Counted from the first letter of the stretch, positions 33,746 through 45,196 are shown. The stretch: DNA of 64,000 nt from an uncultured Planctomycetota bacterium (GCA_963737655.1 CAVTTN010000002.1:5408001-5472000), one strand, 5' to 3'. Notes: generated by a model not told the origin, from the letters alone. Program-made: numbers and translations.

Positions 33746-34744
33746 ATGAATGCAACCGATCCGATCGCCGCCCTGGATGCCCTGGAAGCGGAGGGGCTGG
33801 CGGCGTTCGGGGCCGCGACGACGGCCGAGGCGGTCGAGGCGGCGCGGATCGAGTACCTCGGCCAGAAGCAGGGGAAGGCCCGGGCCGCCCAGGAGCGGCT
33901 CAAGACCCTGCCGAACGAGGCGAAGCGCGGCTATGGGCAGCGGTTCAACGCGCTGAAGGCCGCCCTGGAGGCCGCGTTCGAGGGGGCGAAGGCCCGGGCC
34001 TCGCGGCCCTCGGCGGGCGCCGGCGGGATCGACGTGACCCGCCCCGGTTCCCCCCGGCCGAGGCTCGGCCATCGCCACCCGCTCACGCAGACGGCCGACG
34101 AGCTGATCGACCTGTTCGGCCGGTTCGGGTTCTCGGTGGCGAGGGGGCCGGAGGTGGAGGACACGTTCCACAACTTCGAGGCCCTGAACATCCCGGCGGC
34201 CCACCCGGCCCGCGACCCGGCCGATAATTTCTACCTCTCCGAGGGCACCCTGCTCCGGTCGCAGACCAGCACGGTGCAGATCCGGGTGATGGAGACCCAG
34301 CCGCCGCCGGTCCGGGTGATCGCGATCGGGCGGGTCTACCGGCCGGACGAGGTGGATTCCACACATTCGTTCATGTTTCATCAGGTGGAAGGGTTGATGG
34401 TCGATCGCGGGGTCACGATGGCGGACCTCAAGACGGTGTTGCGGCTCTTCGCCCAGAGTTACCTCGGCGAGGACGTGAAGATCCGCTTCCGGCCCAGCTT
34501 CTTCCCGTTCACCGAGCCGAGCGTGGAGGTGGACATGCTCTGGCACGGGGGCGACCGCTGGGTCGAGATGGGCGGGGCCGGGATGGTCGATCCCAACGTG
34601 TTCCGGGCCGTGGGCTACGATCCCGAGGAGGTCACCGGCTTCGCCTTCGGCCTGGGGATCGAGCGGCTCTGCATGAGGAGGCACGGGATCGACGACATCC
34701 GACTTCTTTATCAGAACGATTCGCGGTTCCTGGCCCAGTTCTGA
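33746..34744 (+). CDS. pheS: Phenylalanine--tRNA ligase alpha subunit
   Basis: [56 protein letters not shown]. Confidence 0.98.
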   Translation: MNATDPIAALDALEAEGLAAFGAATTAEAVEAARIEYLGQKQGKARAAQERLKTLPNEAKRGYGQRFNALKAALEAAFEGAKARASRPSAGAGGIDVTRPGSPRPRLGHRHPLTQTADELIDLFGRFGFSVARGPEVEDTFHNFEALNIPAAHPARDPADNFYLSEGTLLRSQTSTVQIRVMETQPPPVRVIAIGRVYRPDEVDSTHSFMFHQVEGLMVDRGVTMADLKTVLRLFAQSYLGEDVKIRFRPSFFPFTEPSVEVDMLWHGGDRWVEMGGAGMVDPNVFRAVGYDPEEVTGFAFGLGIERLCMRRHGIDDIRLLYQNDSRFLAQF

Positions 34745-34781
34745 GCGACGGGTGTTCGGCGCCCCGGATCGAAAACCGGAG

Positions 34782-34831
34782 GTGGTCGGCCGACTGGCCG
34801 CCGCGTCATTGGTGCATTTCATGCACCCTAC
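34782..34831 (-). repeat. Single GTAG-type REP composite
   Basis: ...GGTGCATTTCATGCACCCTAC preceded by CGGCC..GGCCG hairpin, same family as 52151-52312. Confidence 0.8.
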
Positions 34832-34916
34832 GGGGTCGCCGCCTGGCTTCCGGTACGGTACGATTCTCTCGGCGCCGGGCACTCCTCGATTTTCCCCTCT
34901 CCACCGAGGCTCAGTC

Positions 34917-35162
34917 ATGGAAACGGACAAGGACCGGGTGATCGTCTCCGTGGGCGGCGCGGCGGGCGGCGGCACCCAGGTGCATCACCGCGATTTCCCC
35001 GAGATCCGGGCCGAGGGGGTCTCGCCGGCCGACGCGGCCGTCCAGCTGGTCAATCAGTTGACCCGGGCCCTGGACTCGGCCCTGACGAAGTGGCGGCGGG
35101 ACGCGGTCCAGCAGGCCATCGCCGACGTCCAGGCGTTCGCCTCCGACGGCGCGAAGCCTTGA
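34917..35162 (+). CDS. Small hypothetical protein (81 aa), possibly HicB-like fold
   Basis: GAGG RBS; host-like codons; DFPEIRAEGVSPADAAVQL. Confidence 0.75.
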   Translation: METDKDRVIVSVGGAAGGGTQVHHRDFPEIRAEGVSPADAAVQLVNQLTRALDSALTKWRRDAVQQAIADVQAFASDGAKP

Positions 35163-35199
35163 GCCTCCGTAACGTCCTGACCCCCGAGGACCTCCGCCC

Positions 35200-36549
35200 G
35201 TGCCGAACCGCCCCGCCCGGATCGTCGCCCTGGGGCTGCTCGCCGGCCTCGGCCCGATGATCGCCCGCGCCGACCTCGACGACTACGTGAAGGCCGCCGA
35301 CCCGTCGTTCTCCTGGAAGGTCGTGGACTCGAAACCCGGCCAGCACGGGATTCGCCGGCAGACGGCCCTCAAGCTGACCTCGCAGACGTGGCAGGGCCGG
35401 CCCTGGACCCACGACCTCCAGGTCTACGAGCCGGACGAGCTGCGTTGCCCGGACGTCTTCCTCCTGTTCATCACCGGGGGGAGCAACGCCAACCCTCGGG
35501 CGAGCTTTCAGGACGCGGCCTCGGGCGAGGCCCTGGCCCGCGCCTGCGGGGCCAGGGTGGCCATCTTGCCCCAGGTCCCCAATCAGCCGCTGATGGGCGG
35601 GCGGACCGAGGATGACCTGATCGCCGAGACGTTCGTCCTCTACCTGAAGACCCGGGACGAGACCTTGCCCCTGCTCTTCCCGATGGTCAAGAGCGCCGTG
35701 AGGGCGATGGACGCCCTCCAGGACTGGGCCGCGACGGAGAGCTTGCCCAGGCCCCGGTTCGTCGTCTCGGGCGCGAGCAAGAGGGGATGGACCACCTGGC
35801 TCTCGGCGGCCGTCGATCCCCGGATCATCGCCATCGCGCCGATGGTCATCCCCACCTTGAACATGAAAGAGCAGAACAAGCATCAGCTCGAGGTCTGGGG
35901 CAAGTACTCCGACCAGATCGCCGACTACACCCGCCGGGGACTCATGGAGAAGATCGAGACCCCCGAGGGCACCAAACTCTGGAAGATGATCGACCCGTAT
36001 TCGTATCTCGATCGGATCAAGATCCCGACGCTCCAGATCAACGGGACCAACGACCAGTACTGGACGCTCGACTCGATGAATCTGTTCTGGAACGACCTGA
36101 AAGGCCCGAAATCGGTCGTCTATCTGCCCAATGCGGGCCACGGGCTGGAGCCTCATCGCGATTATGCCGTGAACGGGGTCGGCGCCCTGTTTCGTCAGAC
36201 CGTCGCCGGCCGCGAATTGCCCCGGTTCGTCCTGTCCGTGATGGCGGTGGCCCCCGAAGCGGACCGCCCTGCCGGTTCCCGGTGGTCGCTGGACCTCCGG
36301 GCGACCGACCCGAAGCCCAGGAAGGTCGAGTGGTGGACCGCCGAGACGCCCTCCCAGGACTTCCGCCCCTCGGTCTGGACGGCCGAACTCGCCGGGCCGA
36401 TCGGCGACCCGCCCATCTTGAACAAATACCTGCCCACGCCGAAAACGGGTTCCCGGGCGATCTTCGCCGACCTCACGTTCACCGTCGAGGGGCTGGACTA
36501 TCACCTCTCGACCCCGATCTCGATCGACCACGCCCCGTCTTCCAAATGA
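35200..36549 (+). CDS. PhoPQ-activated pathogenicity-related (PqaA) family alpha/beta hydrolase
   Basis: LTSQTWQG, QVPNQPL, EDDLIA, PMVKSAVRAMD, GASKRGWTTW, PNAGH. Confidence 0.92.
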   Translation: MPNRPARIVALGLLAGLGPMIARADLDDYVKAADPSFSWKVVDSKPGQHGIRRQTALKLTSQTWQGRPWTHDLQVYEPDELRCPDVFLLFITGGSNANPRASFQDAASGEALARACGARVAILPQVPNQPLMGGRTEDDLIAETFVLYLKTRDETLPLLFPMVKSAVRAMDALQDWAATESLPRPRFVVSGASKRGWTTWLSAAVDPRIIAIAPMVIPTLNMKEQNKHQLEVWGKYSDQIADYTRRGLMEKIETPEGTKLWKMIDPYSYLDRIKIPTLQINGTNDQYWTLDSMNLFWNDLKGPKSVVYLPNAGHGLEPHRDYAVNGVGALFRQTVAGRELPRFVLSVMAVAPEADRPAGSRWSLDLRATDPKPRKVEWWTAETPSQDFRPSVWTAELAGPIGDPPILNKYLPTPKTGSRAIFADLTFTVEGLDYHLSTPISIDHAPSSK

Positions 36550-36616
36550 AATGAATCGCACCGAAACGGGACCCCGACGATCGATTGCCGGCGCATCTTG
36601 GCGGGAGGAAGCGACG

Positions 36617-37273
36617 ATGAGCACCGCGAGCCAGGCCGAATTCGTCACTCCGCCGATCGTCGATCCGGTCCCCGCGACCTTGATTCCGGACGAGCCGGAG
36701 GTCACGACGGCCGATTTCCGCCATCGGTTCACGATGGCGGAGTTCGAGAAGCTCCACATCCTCGGCTTTATCGACGAGGACGAGCAGCGATTCGAGTTGC
36801 TGGACGGAGACTTGATCGCGATGTCCCGCATCTTGCCTCCGCATGCCTCGTGCATCAACCGGCTCCAGGACATGTTCGCGATGCGATTGGCCGGGCGTGT
36901 CTCGATCCTGATCCAGAATCCGATCGTCCTCGGGGAACGCACCCAGCCTCAGCCCGATGTCACCCTCGCCCGCTACCGCAAGGACGGCTATGCGATCGCT
37001 CATCCTCGCCCGGAGGATGTGTTCCTGGCGGTGGAAGTGATGGATTCCACCCATCGCAAGGATCGGGGCGTCAAACTGCCGCTTTATGCGAAAGCCGGAC
37101 TGCCCGAGACCTGGCTGGCGGACCTCCCCGGCTTGCAGCTGGAAGTGCATCGGAAGCCCGTCGAAGGCGTCTACTCCGAACGCCTGATCCTCCGCCCGGG
37201 TCAATCGGTGGCCCCCGAGGCGTTCCCCGAGCTTGTCCTCGCCGTCGATTCCGTCCTCAGCCGGCCCGAGTGA
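36617..37273 (+). CDS. Uma2 family endonuclease
   Basis: HRFT..EF, FELLDG, PQPD, AVEV.DS, DRGVKLPLYAKAG.PE.W. Confidence 0.92.
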   Translation: MSTASQAEFVTPPIVDPVPATLIPDEPEVTTADFRHRFTMAEFEKLHILGFIDEDEQRFELLDGDLIAMSRILPPHASCINRLQDMFAMRLAGRVSILIQNPIVLGERTQPQPDVTLARYRKDGYAIAHPRPEDVFLAVEVMDSTHRKDRGVKLPLYAKAGLPETWLADLPGLQLEVHRKPVEGVYSERLILRPGQSVAPEAFPELVLAVDSVLSRPE

Positions 37274-37276
37274 ACC

Positions 37277-39277
37277 ATGATCGTTAGCTGGAACTGGCTT
37301 GCGCAGTACGTCCGCCTCGACATGAGCGCCGAGGCCCTCGCCGATCGCCTGGCCCTGACCGGGCTGAACCATGAGTCCACCGAGGACGTCGGCGGCGACC
37401 TGGCCATCGACCTGGAAGTCACCTCGAACCGCCCGGATTGCCTCGGCCACCTGGGCGTGGCCCGGGAAATCGCGGTTTTGTTCGACAAAACGCTCAAAAT
37501 CCCCGATCCGAGGCCGCCGGCCTCGGGTGCTCCGGTCGAGGCGCTCACGGCGGTGGCGGTCGAGGCGGCCGACCTCTGCCCCCGGTTCACGGCCCGGGTG
37601 GTCTCGGGCGTGACGGTCCGCGAAAGCCCCTGGTGGATGCGAAAACGGCTCGAAACCCTCGGGGTCCGGCCGATTTCGAACGTCGTCGATGTCACCAATT
37701 ACGTGATGTTCGAGTGCGGCCAGCCGCTGCATGCCTATGACCTGGACACCCTCGCCGAAAAGCGGATCGTGGTCCGCCGGGCCCGCCCGGGAGAGAAGCT
37801 CGTCGCGATCAACGGCAAGACGTATGAGCTGACGGGCGAAATGCTTGCGATCGCCGACGCCCGGAAGCCGGTCGGCCTGGCCGGCGTCATGGGCGGGCTG
37901 GAGACGGAGATCGGACCGGGGTCGCGGAACGTCCTGATCGAGGCCGCCCGGTTCGACCCGATCTCGATCCGCAGGACCGGCCGAGGCCTCGGCCTGACCA
38001 GCCAGGCGAGCTATCGGTTCGAGAGGCCGATCGACCCCGAGATCACCGAGTGGGCGAGCCGCCGGTGCGCCGAGCTGATCCTCGAAACCGCCGGAGGGAC
38101 GCTCCATCCCGGGGTGATCGACACGGGCTTGCCCATCTCGCCCCGTCCGCCGGTCACGTTGCGCCTTGACCAGCTTCCCCGGGTCCTCGGGATCGCGATC
38201 GACCGGGAAACGGTCTCGCGAATCCTGATCGCCCTGGGGATGTCTCCCGAGGGGGAATCCCCCTCGTCGCTCACGTTCCGCCCGCCGAGCTGGCGGTCGG
38301 ACCTGGAGCGCGAGATCGATCTCGTCGAGGAAGTGGCCAGGATTCATGGTTACGAGCATATTCCCGAGGATCGGCCGGTCCCGTTGGCCCGGTCGTCGAA
38401 GGGGGCCCGCGAGCGGGTCGAATCCGAGGTACGTTCCGCGTTGACCGGCCTGGGACTCGACGAGGCGTACACGTTCAGCCTGGCGGCCTCGGCCGAGTGG
38501 GACCCGACGCCCGGGGCCTCGGCGGACCTGGCCCCCCTGAAGGTCGAGCATTCGACCCGGAAGCGTGAGGTCTTCCTGAGACGGAGCCTGGCCCCGAGCC
38601 TCTTGCTCGCCCGTGCGCACAATGAAGCGCATGGGATCGCCGATGCCTCCCTGTTCGAGATCGCCAACGTCTACCGGCCCCAGCAGGGCAAAGCCTTGCC
38701 CGACGAGCCGACCCGGCTGGCGATCGTCTCGGGGAGGGATTTCCTCGGCCTGAAGGGGATCATCGAGGCGCTCCTGGGGAGGCTCCACGTCGCCGATCCC
38801 CTGGAAGCGAAGCCGAGTGCCCATCCGCTCCTGGCCGAGGGCCGACAGGCAGACCTGTTCCTGGGCCCCCAGTGGCTCGGGACGCTCGGCGAGGTCGTCC
38901 CGGACGCGGCGGGGCTTCGCGGGGCGTGCTCGGCGGCCGAGCTGTCGTTCGACCTGATCCGGGATCGGGCGGTGCTGGTCCCCCAGAACCGCGAGCTCCC
39001 CGCCTTCCCGGCGACGGCGAGGGACCTCTCGCTCGTGGTCGATCGGGCGTTGCCGTGGTCGGAGGTCGAGGCGGCGGCGAGGGCGGCGGGCGGCCCGTCG
39101 CTGGAATCGGTCGAGTTCCTCGACACCTTCGACCTGCCCGACGGCAAGCACAGCCTCCACTTCGGCCTGACCTTCCGCCACCCGGGCCGCACCCTGACCG
39201 GCGAGGAAGCCGATCGCGCCGTCCAGGCGATCGTCGCCTCCTGCTCGGCCCGGTTCGGTGCGACCCTCCGGACGTGA
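37277..39277 (+). CDS. pheT: Phenylalanine--tRNA ligase beta subunit (short form)
   Basis: MIVSWNWL, DLEVTSNRPDCLG, NVVDVTNYVM.E.GQPLHAYD, LAGVMGG, ASYRFER, WRSDL.REIDLVEEVAR; C-terminal FDX-ACB. Confidence 0.97.
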   Translation: MIVSWNWLAQYVRLDMSAEALADRLALTGLNHESTEDVGGDLAIDLEVTSNRPDCLGHLGVAREIAVLFDKTLKIPDPRPPASGAPVEALTAVAVEAADLCPRFTARVVSGVTVRESPWWMRKRLETLGVRPISNVVDVTNYVMFECGQPLHAYDLDTLAEKRIVVRRARPGEKLVAINGKTYELTGEMLAIADARKPVGLAGVMGGLETEIGPGSRNVLIEAARFDPISIRRTGRGLGLTSQASYRFERPIDPEITEWASRRCAELILETAGGTLHPGVIDTGLPISPRPPVTLRLDQLPRVLGIAIDRETVSRILIALGMSPEGESPSSLTFRPPSWRSDLEREIDLVEEVARIHGYEHIPEDRPVPLARSSKGARERVESEVRSALTGLGLDEAYTFSLAASAEWDPTPGASADLAPLKVEHSTRKREVFLRRSLAPSLLLARAHNEAHGIADASLFEIANVYRPQQGKALPDEPTRLAIVSGRDFLGLKGIIEALLGRLHVADPLEAKPSAHPLLAEGRQADLFLGPQWLGTLGEVVPDAAGLRGACSAAELSFDLIRDRAVLVPQNRELPAFPATARDLSLVVDRALPWSEVEAAARAAGGPSLESVEFLDTFDLPDGKHSLHFGLTFRHPGRTLTGEEADRAVQAIVASCSARFGATLRT

Positions 39278-39550
39278 ACCTCGGGACCGACTGGAGCGGC
39301 GGGATTCTCCTTCGAGGGCTCCTTCTCCCGCGGGGCCCTGGCCGCCTGGATTGTCGCCAGTTCGTCCTGGCCTGGCTTCCTCCAGTCGTGGATTCGATGG
39401 TCGCCTTGATCTCGGCGTCCTCGGGCCCGCCTGGCCTGCCTCCGGAGGATCTCCAGGTCTGCATGAGCCCGTCGGGGCGATCGCTCGGTCGCCCGGAGCT
39501 ACGCGCCCCGGCACCGACCGCGTTTCGGCACTCCGGGCCGCACCGGGGCC

Positions 39551-40060
39551 TCAGGCCTTGGGGCCGCCGGCCTCTCGGGCGATGACCCGGTTGAGCGCCT
39601 CCTGCAAGGCGTCGCGATGGGATTTTTCCTCGGTGAGGATCGCGGCGAGCTCCCGGGCGCTCTCGGTGTCGCCGATCTCCTCGAACGCGGCGACCCAGGC
39701 CGTGTACCAGTGGACGGCGTTGGCCTTGACCGCCAGGTCGTGGGCGATCCGCTCGTGGGGGTGCGCGCCCATCTCGCCGACCTTGTCCTTGAGCCGGCCG
39801 AAGACCTCGCCGAGCCCGCCTCCCAGGCTCCGCGACGGGGTGAACCCGTAGCGGACGGCCACGGTCTCCACGGCCGAGCGGTGCCTCTCGTCGGCCTCGG
39901 CGATCTCGTGATACAGGACGCTCAGGCTCGGCTCGGGCGGGGTCTCGGCGCGGGATTTGGCCTCGGTGGCCATGTCACGCTCGGCGTCGATCCCCTTGGA
40001 GAATTCGGACGCGATCCATTCGCGGTGGATCGTCGGCGGGAGGGTCGGGGCGGTGGCCAT
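39551..40060 (-). CDS. Ferritin-like domain protein
   Basis: Four-helix pattern with DAE, EIAEADERH and ILTEEKSH motifs. Confidence 0.8.
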   Translation of the reverse strand: MATAPTLPPTIHREWIASEFSKGIDAERDMATEAKSRAETPPEPSLSVLYHEIAEADERHRSAVETVAVRYGFTPSRSLGGGLGEVFGRLKDKVGEMGAHPHERIAHDLAVKANAVHWYTAWVAAFEEIGDTESARELAAILTEEKSHRDALQEALNRVIAREAGGPKA

Positions 40061-40127
40061 CGCGGCAATCCTCGGTCAAGACAGGAAGGCAGGGAACCCA
40101 GGTGGAGGAGCCTTCCCTCCCACCAGA

Positions 40128-40144
40128 GGCAAGCCCAGTGCCGA
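40128..40144 (-). promoter_or_regulatory. Sigma-54 (-24/-12) promoter of ferritin-like gene
   Basis: Minus strand TCGGCAC-TGGGC-TTGCC, GG-N10-GC, ~70 nt before ATG. Confidence 0.8.
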
Positions 40145-40174
40145 GGCGCCCGAATGAACGCCGGAGGGTCCATT

Positions 40175-40875
40175 TCAGGTACCCGACGGATGGCCCGAGT
40201 CGGGGAGCCGCGCCGGCCAGTCCAGGACCACGGTCGTCCCCCGGCCGGGCTCGGCCACCAGGCGGGCGGTCCCTCCGAACAGGGCGGAGACCTTGGCGAC
40301 GATCGCCAGGTCCAGCCCCCGGCGTTCCGGGCGCAGCCCAGGACGCGCTCGAAGGCGTTCGGGTCGATCTCGTGGGTCTGGACCGACTCCTTCGGCGGGA
40401 CGTCCGCGTGGATCTCGATCACCAGGCGGTCCGGCCCTCCGCCGACGGTCAGGCGGACCGGCTTGCCCGACGAGGCGACCAGGGCGTTGCCGATCGCCTT
40501 CTGAAGGGCCAGGGACGCGCGGGACTCGTCCAGGAACGCCTCGGTCGGCGCCCCGGGCGAGACCACCAGCTCGACGGCGTCCCCCTTCTCCCGGCCATGC
40601 TCGACCAGGTCGCCGACCATCCTCCTGGGGTCGAACAGCGACGGGGCCAGGCCCGATCGCTCGGCCGGGAGCCGGGAGAAATCCACCAGGATCAGGAGCA
40701 TCCGCTCCAGCTCCAGGGAATTGGCCCGGATCAGCGCGAGATCCTCGGCGATCTCGCCCTGGGTGGGCCCGGCTACCTCATCAATCATCCTCAAGGCCAG
40801 GCTGATGACGTTCAGAGGGGTGCGCAAGTCGTGGACGACGACTTCCTGGGTCCTCGGGCTCGCGAAGATCGCCAT
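40175..40875 (-). CDS. Sensor-less histidine-kinase-like protein (DHp + degenerate HATPase), apparent -1 frameshift at ~40330
   Basis: HDLRTPLNVI at residue 15; AIGNAL; one added base gives ...ERRGLDLAIVAKVSALFGG...GRGTTVVLDWP, stop at 40175. Confidence 0.85.
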
Positions 40876-41102
40876 GGTCGGGGAGTCTCGGTCAGGATGA
40901 GGACGAAAGGGTTGGGGGGAACGTTACCGGGGCCGGCCCCGCCCCCGGGCTCACGGGTGGTCCAGACGAACCACGCGATCGAAAGGAAAGAGAGAACGAA
41001 CGAATGAGGGCAAGGGCAAGGCGTCGGGCCTGCCCGGATGACTACGGTTCGCATCCGTTGAGATCGAGGCGACTTCGGAGCGATCGAATTCGATCGGATC
41101 GC

Positions 41103-41294
41103 TTACCACGGCTTCAACTTCCAGCCCAGGACGAACCCGATCCCCAACGCGCCGAGGACCACGGGGATGGGATGGTCCCGGGTATACCTCGAGAACGCCT
41201 CCAGGACCTCCTCGGTCCGGGCGTCGAGTCCCGACGGGCGCGAACCGGCGCGCCCCATGTCCGCGGGAAATCCCCCCCTCGCCAGATCGACCAT
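41103..41294 (-). CDS. Small ElaB/YqjD(DUF883)-like tail-anchored membrane protein
   Basis: GGAGGAGG RBS; YTRDHPIPVVLGALGIGFVLGWKLKPW C-terminus. Confidence 0.8.
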   Translation of the reverse strand: MVDLARGGFPADMGRAGSRPSGLDARTEEVLEAFSRYTRDHPIPVVLGALGIGFVLGWKLKPW

Positions 41295-41346
41295 CGGACC
41301 GTCCTCCTCCCTCGGGATCGGATGCTGGGGAAACCGAGCAAATCGA

Positions 41347-41363
41347 AGCAATTATGATGCCAG
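41347..41363 (-). promoter_or_regulatory. Sigma-54 promoter of small ElaB-like gene
   Basis: Minus strand CTGGCAT-CATAA-TTGCT. Confidence 0.85.
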
Positions 41364-41600
41364 TACGCATGGGTCCACGCGCCACTCGCCCCCTTTGCAA
41401 CATCATCGCGGCGAACCCGCCGATTGATCACCCGGCCCATCGACGCCGTCGAGCGTCCTGGGTTACGATGATGCGGGGCCGGCCTGAGAAGTTCGTTTCT
41501 TCGTGGTATTGAACTTGCTCAGAGACGGGCATCCCGACGCCCGCCCCCTCCGGGCCTGAGGATCTCCGCTTCCTGCCCTTTCCTGGCGAGAACCGGTCGC

Positions 41601-42993
<1,393 letters not shown>

Positions 42994-43074
42994 CGATCGC
43001 TCGAAATCCGGCCGACGGCCTCGGGTCGCCTCCTATCGGGCCTCCGCGGGCCGACGATCGGGGGCGGGAGGTTC

Positions 43075-43091
43075 TCGGCGTGTCGTTTGCT
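43075..43091 (+). promoter_or_regulatory. Sigma-54 promoter of CBS gene
   Basis: TCGGCGT-GTCGT-TTGCT. Confidence 0.72.
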
Positions 43092-43174
43092 TTCCTCCTG
43101 GGCACGAGCGCTCGCGGATGTCCCGCGATCGCGCATTCCGCGACCCGCGCACTTCGTTTCTCATGAGGTCTCCG

Positions 43175-43606
43175 ATGCCCCCCGCCTCCTCGCGGACGGC
43201 CGCCGACGTGATGACCCCGGCCCCCCGGACCTGCTCGCCGTTCTCGACCGTCCTGGAAGCGGTCCTGATCTTCCGGGACGCCGATTGCGGGGCCGTCCCG
43301 ATCGTCGATCAGGGCAAGCCCCTCGGAATTCTCACCGATCGCGACGTGGCCCTGGCCCTCTCGGAGTACCCCGACCTCGCCGGCCGGGCCGTCGCGGACA
43401 TCATGACCAAAGGGGTGATCACCGTGACCCCCGAAACCCCCCTGAGCCACGTCGAGGCGACCATGACCGATAACGGCGTCCGCCGCGTCGTGGTCATCGA
43501 CAATGACGGCCGGATCGTCGGCATCCTCTCCTGGGCCGACCTCGTCCAAGAGGAGACCGACGCCAAGGTCGGCGAGGTCGTCAGCGACGTCCTGGAACAG
43601 GCGTGA
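43175..43606 (+). CDS. CBS domain-containing protein
   Basis: AADVMT, GAVPIVD..GILTDRD, ADIMT, VRRVVVID..GILSWAD; GAGGT RBS. Confidence 0.93.
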   Translation: MPPASSRTAADVMTPAPRTCSPFSTVLEAVLIFRDADCGAVPIVDQGKPLGILTDRDVALALSEYPDLAGRAVADIMTKGVITVTPETPLSHVEATMTDNGVRRVVVIDNDGRIVGILSWADLVQEETDAKVGEVVSDVLEQA

Positions 43607-43635
43607 AGCGGAGGAACCGAGTCGTCGCGACGGGA

Positions 43636-43730
43636 TTCTCGGGTGGCATGCTTACGTCTTCGTAAGCATGTCTTCGAATGGAGCTTGACCGAAGACATGC
43701 TTACGAAGACGTAAGCATGCCGCCCGAGAA
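43636..43730. repeat. GGGTGGCA-family REPIN-like element
   Basis: 41-bp arms 43636-43676 and 43690-43730 are inverted at 40/41; each arm holds CATGCTTAC-GTCTTC-GTAAGCATG; between convergent genes. Confidence 0.88.
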
Positions 43731-43773
43731 GGCCGGCCCTCCGCGGGTGCCATCCGATCGTGAACCACTCGTT

Positions 43774-44718
43774 CTAGTCGGCTCCGGGCCCGGGCACCAG
43801 GACGCGGAGGGCCCCGGCCTGGACGGAAAACTCCACGGGGGTCTGGGTTCGGATCTCGCCGTCGAGGTTCACGGGCAAGTCGGGGGCGGTTTCGAGCCGG
43901 AGGGTCGGGGTCCGAAGATAGGCATCCCCGGGGCGTTCGAGGCAGATGTTCATCCTCTGGAGGAAGACGGTCCGCAGCAGCTCCCAGCGGCCCCGGGCCC
44001 CCAGGGCGTAGGCCGTCAGGGCCCCGTCGTCCAGGGTGCTCGGGCCGTCGACCAGGACGCCCCCTCCATAAAACCGGCCGTTGGCCACGACGACCTGATG
44101 GGCCCGCCCTTCGCGATGCCCCTCGGGGCCTTTCAGGACGAATCGGAACGTGGTATGGCGAAAAAGGGCCCGCGCCCCGGCCACGGCGTAGGCGATCGGC
44201 CCGACCGTCCGTTTCAGGAGGGGCGAGAGGGCCTGGGTCGCCGCGACCGAGAGCCCGACGCTCGCCACGTTCAGGAAATAGGCGTCGTTGGCCCGGGCGA
44301 GATCGACGGCCGTGGTGACCGATCCGGCGGCGACCTCGGCGGCGCGGTCCAGGTCGGCGGGAATGCCCAGGGTCCGGGCGAAGTCGTTGGCCGTGCCCAG
44401 GGGGAGGACGCCGAGCGTCACGCCCGACCGGGCGGCCCTCGGGGCGACCGAGCCGATCGTGCCGTCCCCCCCGCCGACGATCAGCCGGTCAATCCCCTGG
44501 CGGAGGACGGCCTCCAGGGCCGGGCCCATCCGCCCGGGGCGGGAGACCCGGAGGACCCGGACCAGGTCCAGGCCGGACCGGGACAGGGCCGCGGAGGCCA
44601 CGTCCCGGGCGAGCCGGCCCCGGCGGCTCCGGGCGTTGATCAGGAGGGCCGCTCGGCCCGCCCCGACCGTGGGGGGCGGCGGGGCCTCGGCCTCGTTCGC
44701 GGTCACGGCGGGCCTCAT
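43774..44718 (-). CDS. Diacylglycerol/YegS-family lipid kinase
   Basis: LINARS, VGGGDGT, LPLGTANDFAR, FLNVASVG, NGRFYGGG, NLDGE. Confidence 0.93.
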   Translation of the reverse strand: MRPAVTANEAEAPPPPTVGAGRAALLINARSRRGRLARDVASAALSRSGLDLVRVLRVSRPGRMGPALEAVLRQGIDRLIVGGGDGTIGSVAPRAARSGVTLGVLPLGTANDFARTLGIPADLDRAAEVAAGSVTTAVDLARANDAYFLNVASVGLSVAATQALSPLLKRTVGPIAYAVAGARALFRHTTFRFVLKGPEGHREGRAHQVVVANGRFYGGGVLVDGPSTLDDGALTAYALGARGRWELLRTVFLQRMNICLERPGDAYLRTPTLRLETAPDLPVNLDGEIRTQTPVEFSVQAGALRVLVPGPGAD

Positions 44719-44723
44719 CGGGA

Positions 44724-45196
44724 TTATCGGCGGCGGTGGACCGGCGGTCGGCCGCTGTTGGCGATCACCGTCTTGACCCACGCCACGTTGCGGTCGAGCT
44801 CGTCGCGAGTCCTCTGGAAACTGTCGAAGCTCTTGAGGAGTCGGGGCAGGCCGAGGAGGACCAGGAGCCCGCCAGGACCGCGCCCCCGGCCGCGACGATC
44901 AGGTAGGCCCAGCCGCGATGGGCCAGGCCCAGGCCGTCGGCCAGGAGCTCGGCCAGGCCGATCATGAGGACCGGCAGGGCGGCCACGAGGACGGCGGCCC
45001 CCCCGGCGACCAGGCCCAGGGGGATGGTCGCCTTGACCACCGTGGCCTTCAGGTCCACCACGGCGAGCTTCGCCTGGAGCTCGACCAGGCTCGCCACGTC
45101 GTTGGCCAGGTCGGCGAGGTTGCCGAAGACCCCGGCCGTCAGCGGCGAGTTCACCGGCACCCGCTTCCCGCCGTTCACCGACGCTTGGTCAGCCAT
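44724..45196 (-). CDS. YqjE/Phage_holin_3_6-like membrane protein, apparent -1 frameshift at ~44870
   Basis: LANDVASLVELQAKLAVVDL, two TM segments; one added G gives ...TRDELDRNVAWVK..., stop at 44724. Confidence 0.85.

Noticed and set aside
44724..45196. Prophage lysis gene
   Set aside because: YqjE-like holin-family proteins are common cellular genes, and no phage genes are nearby.
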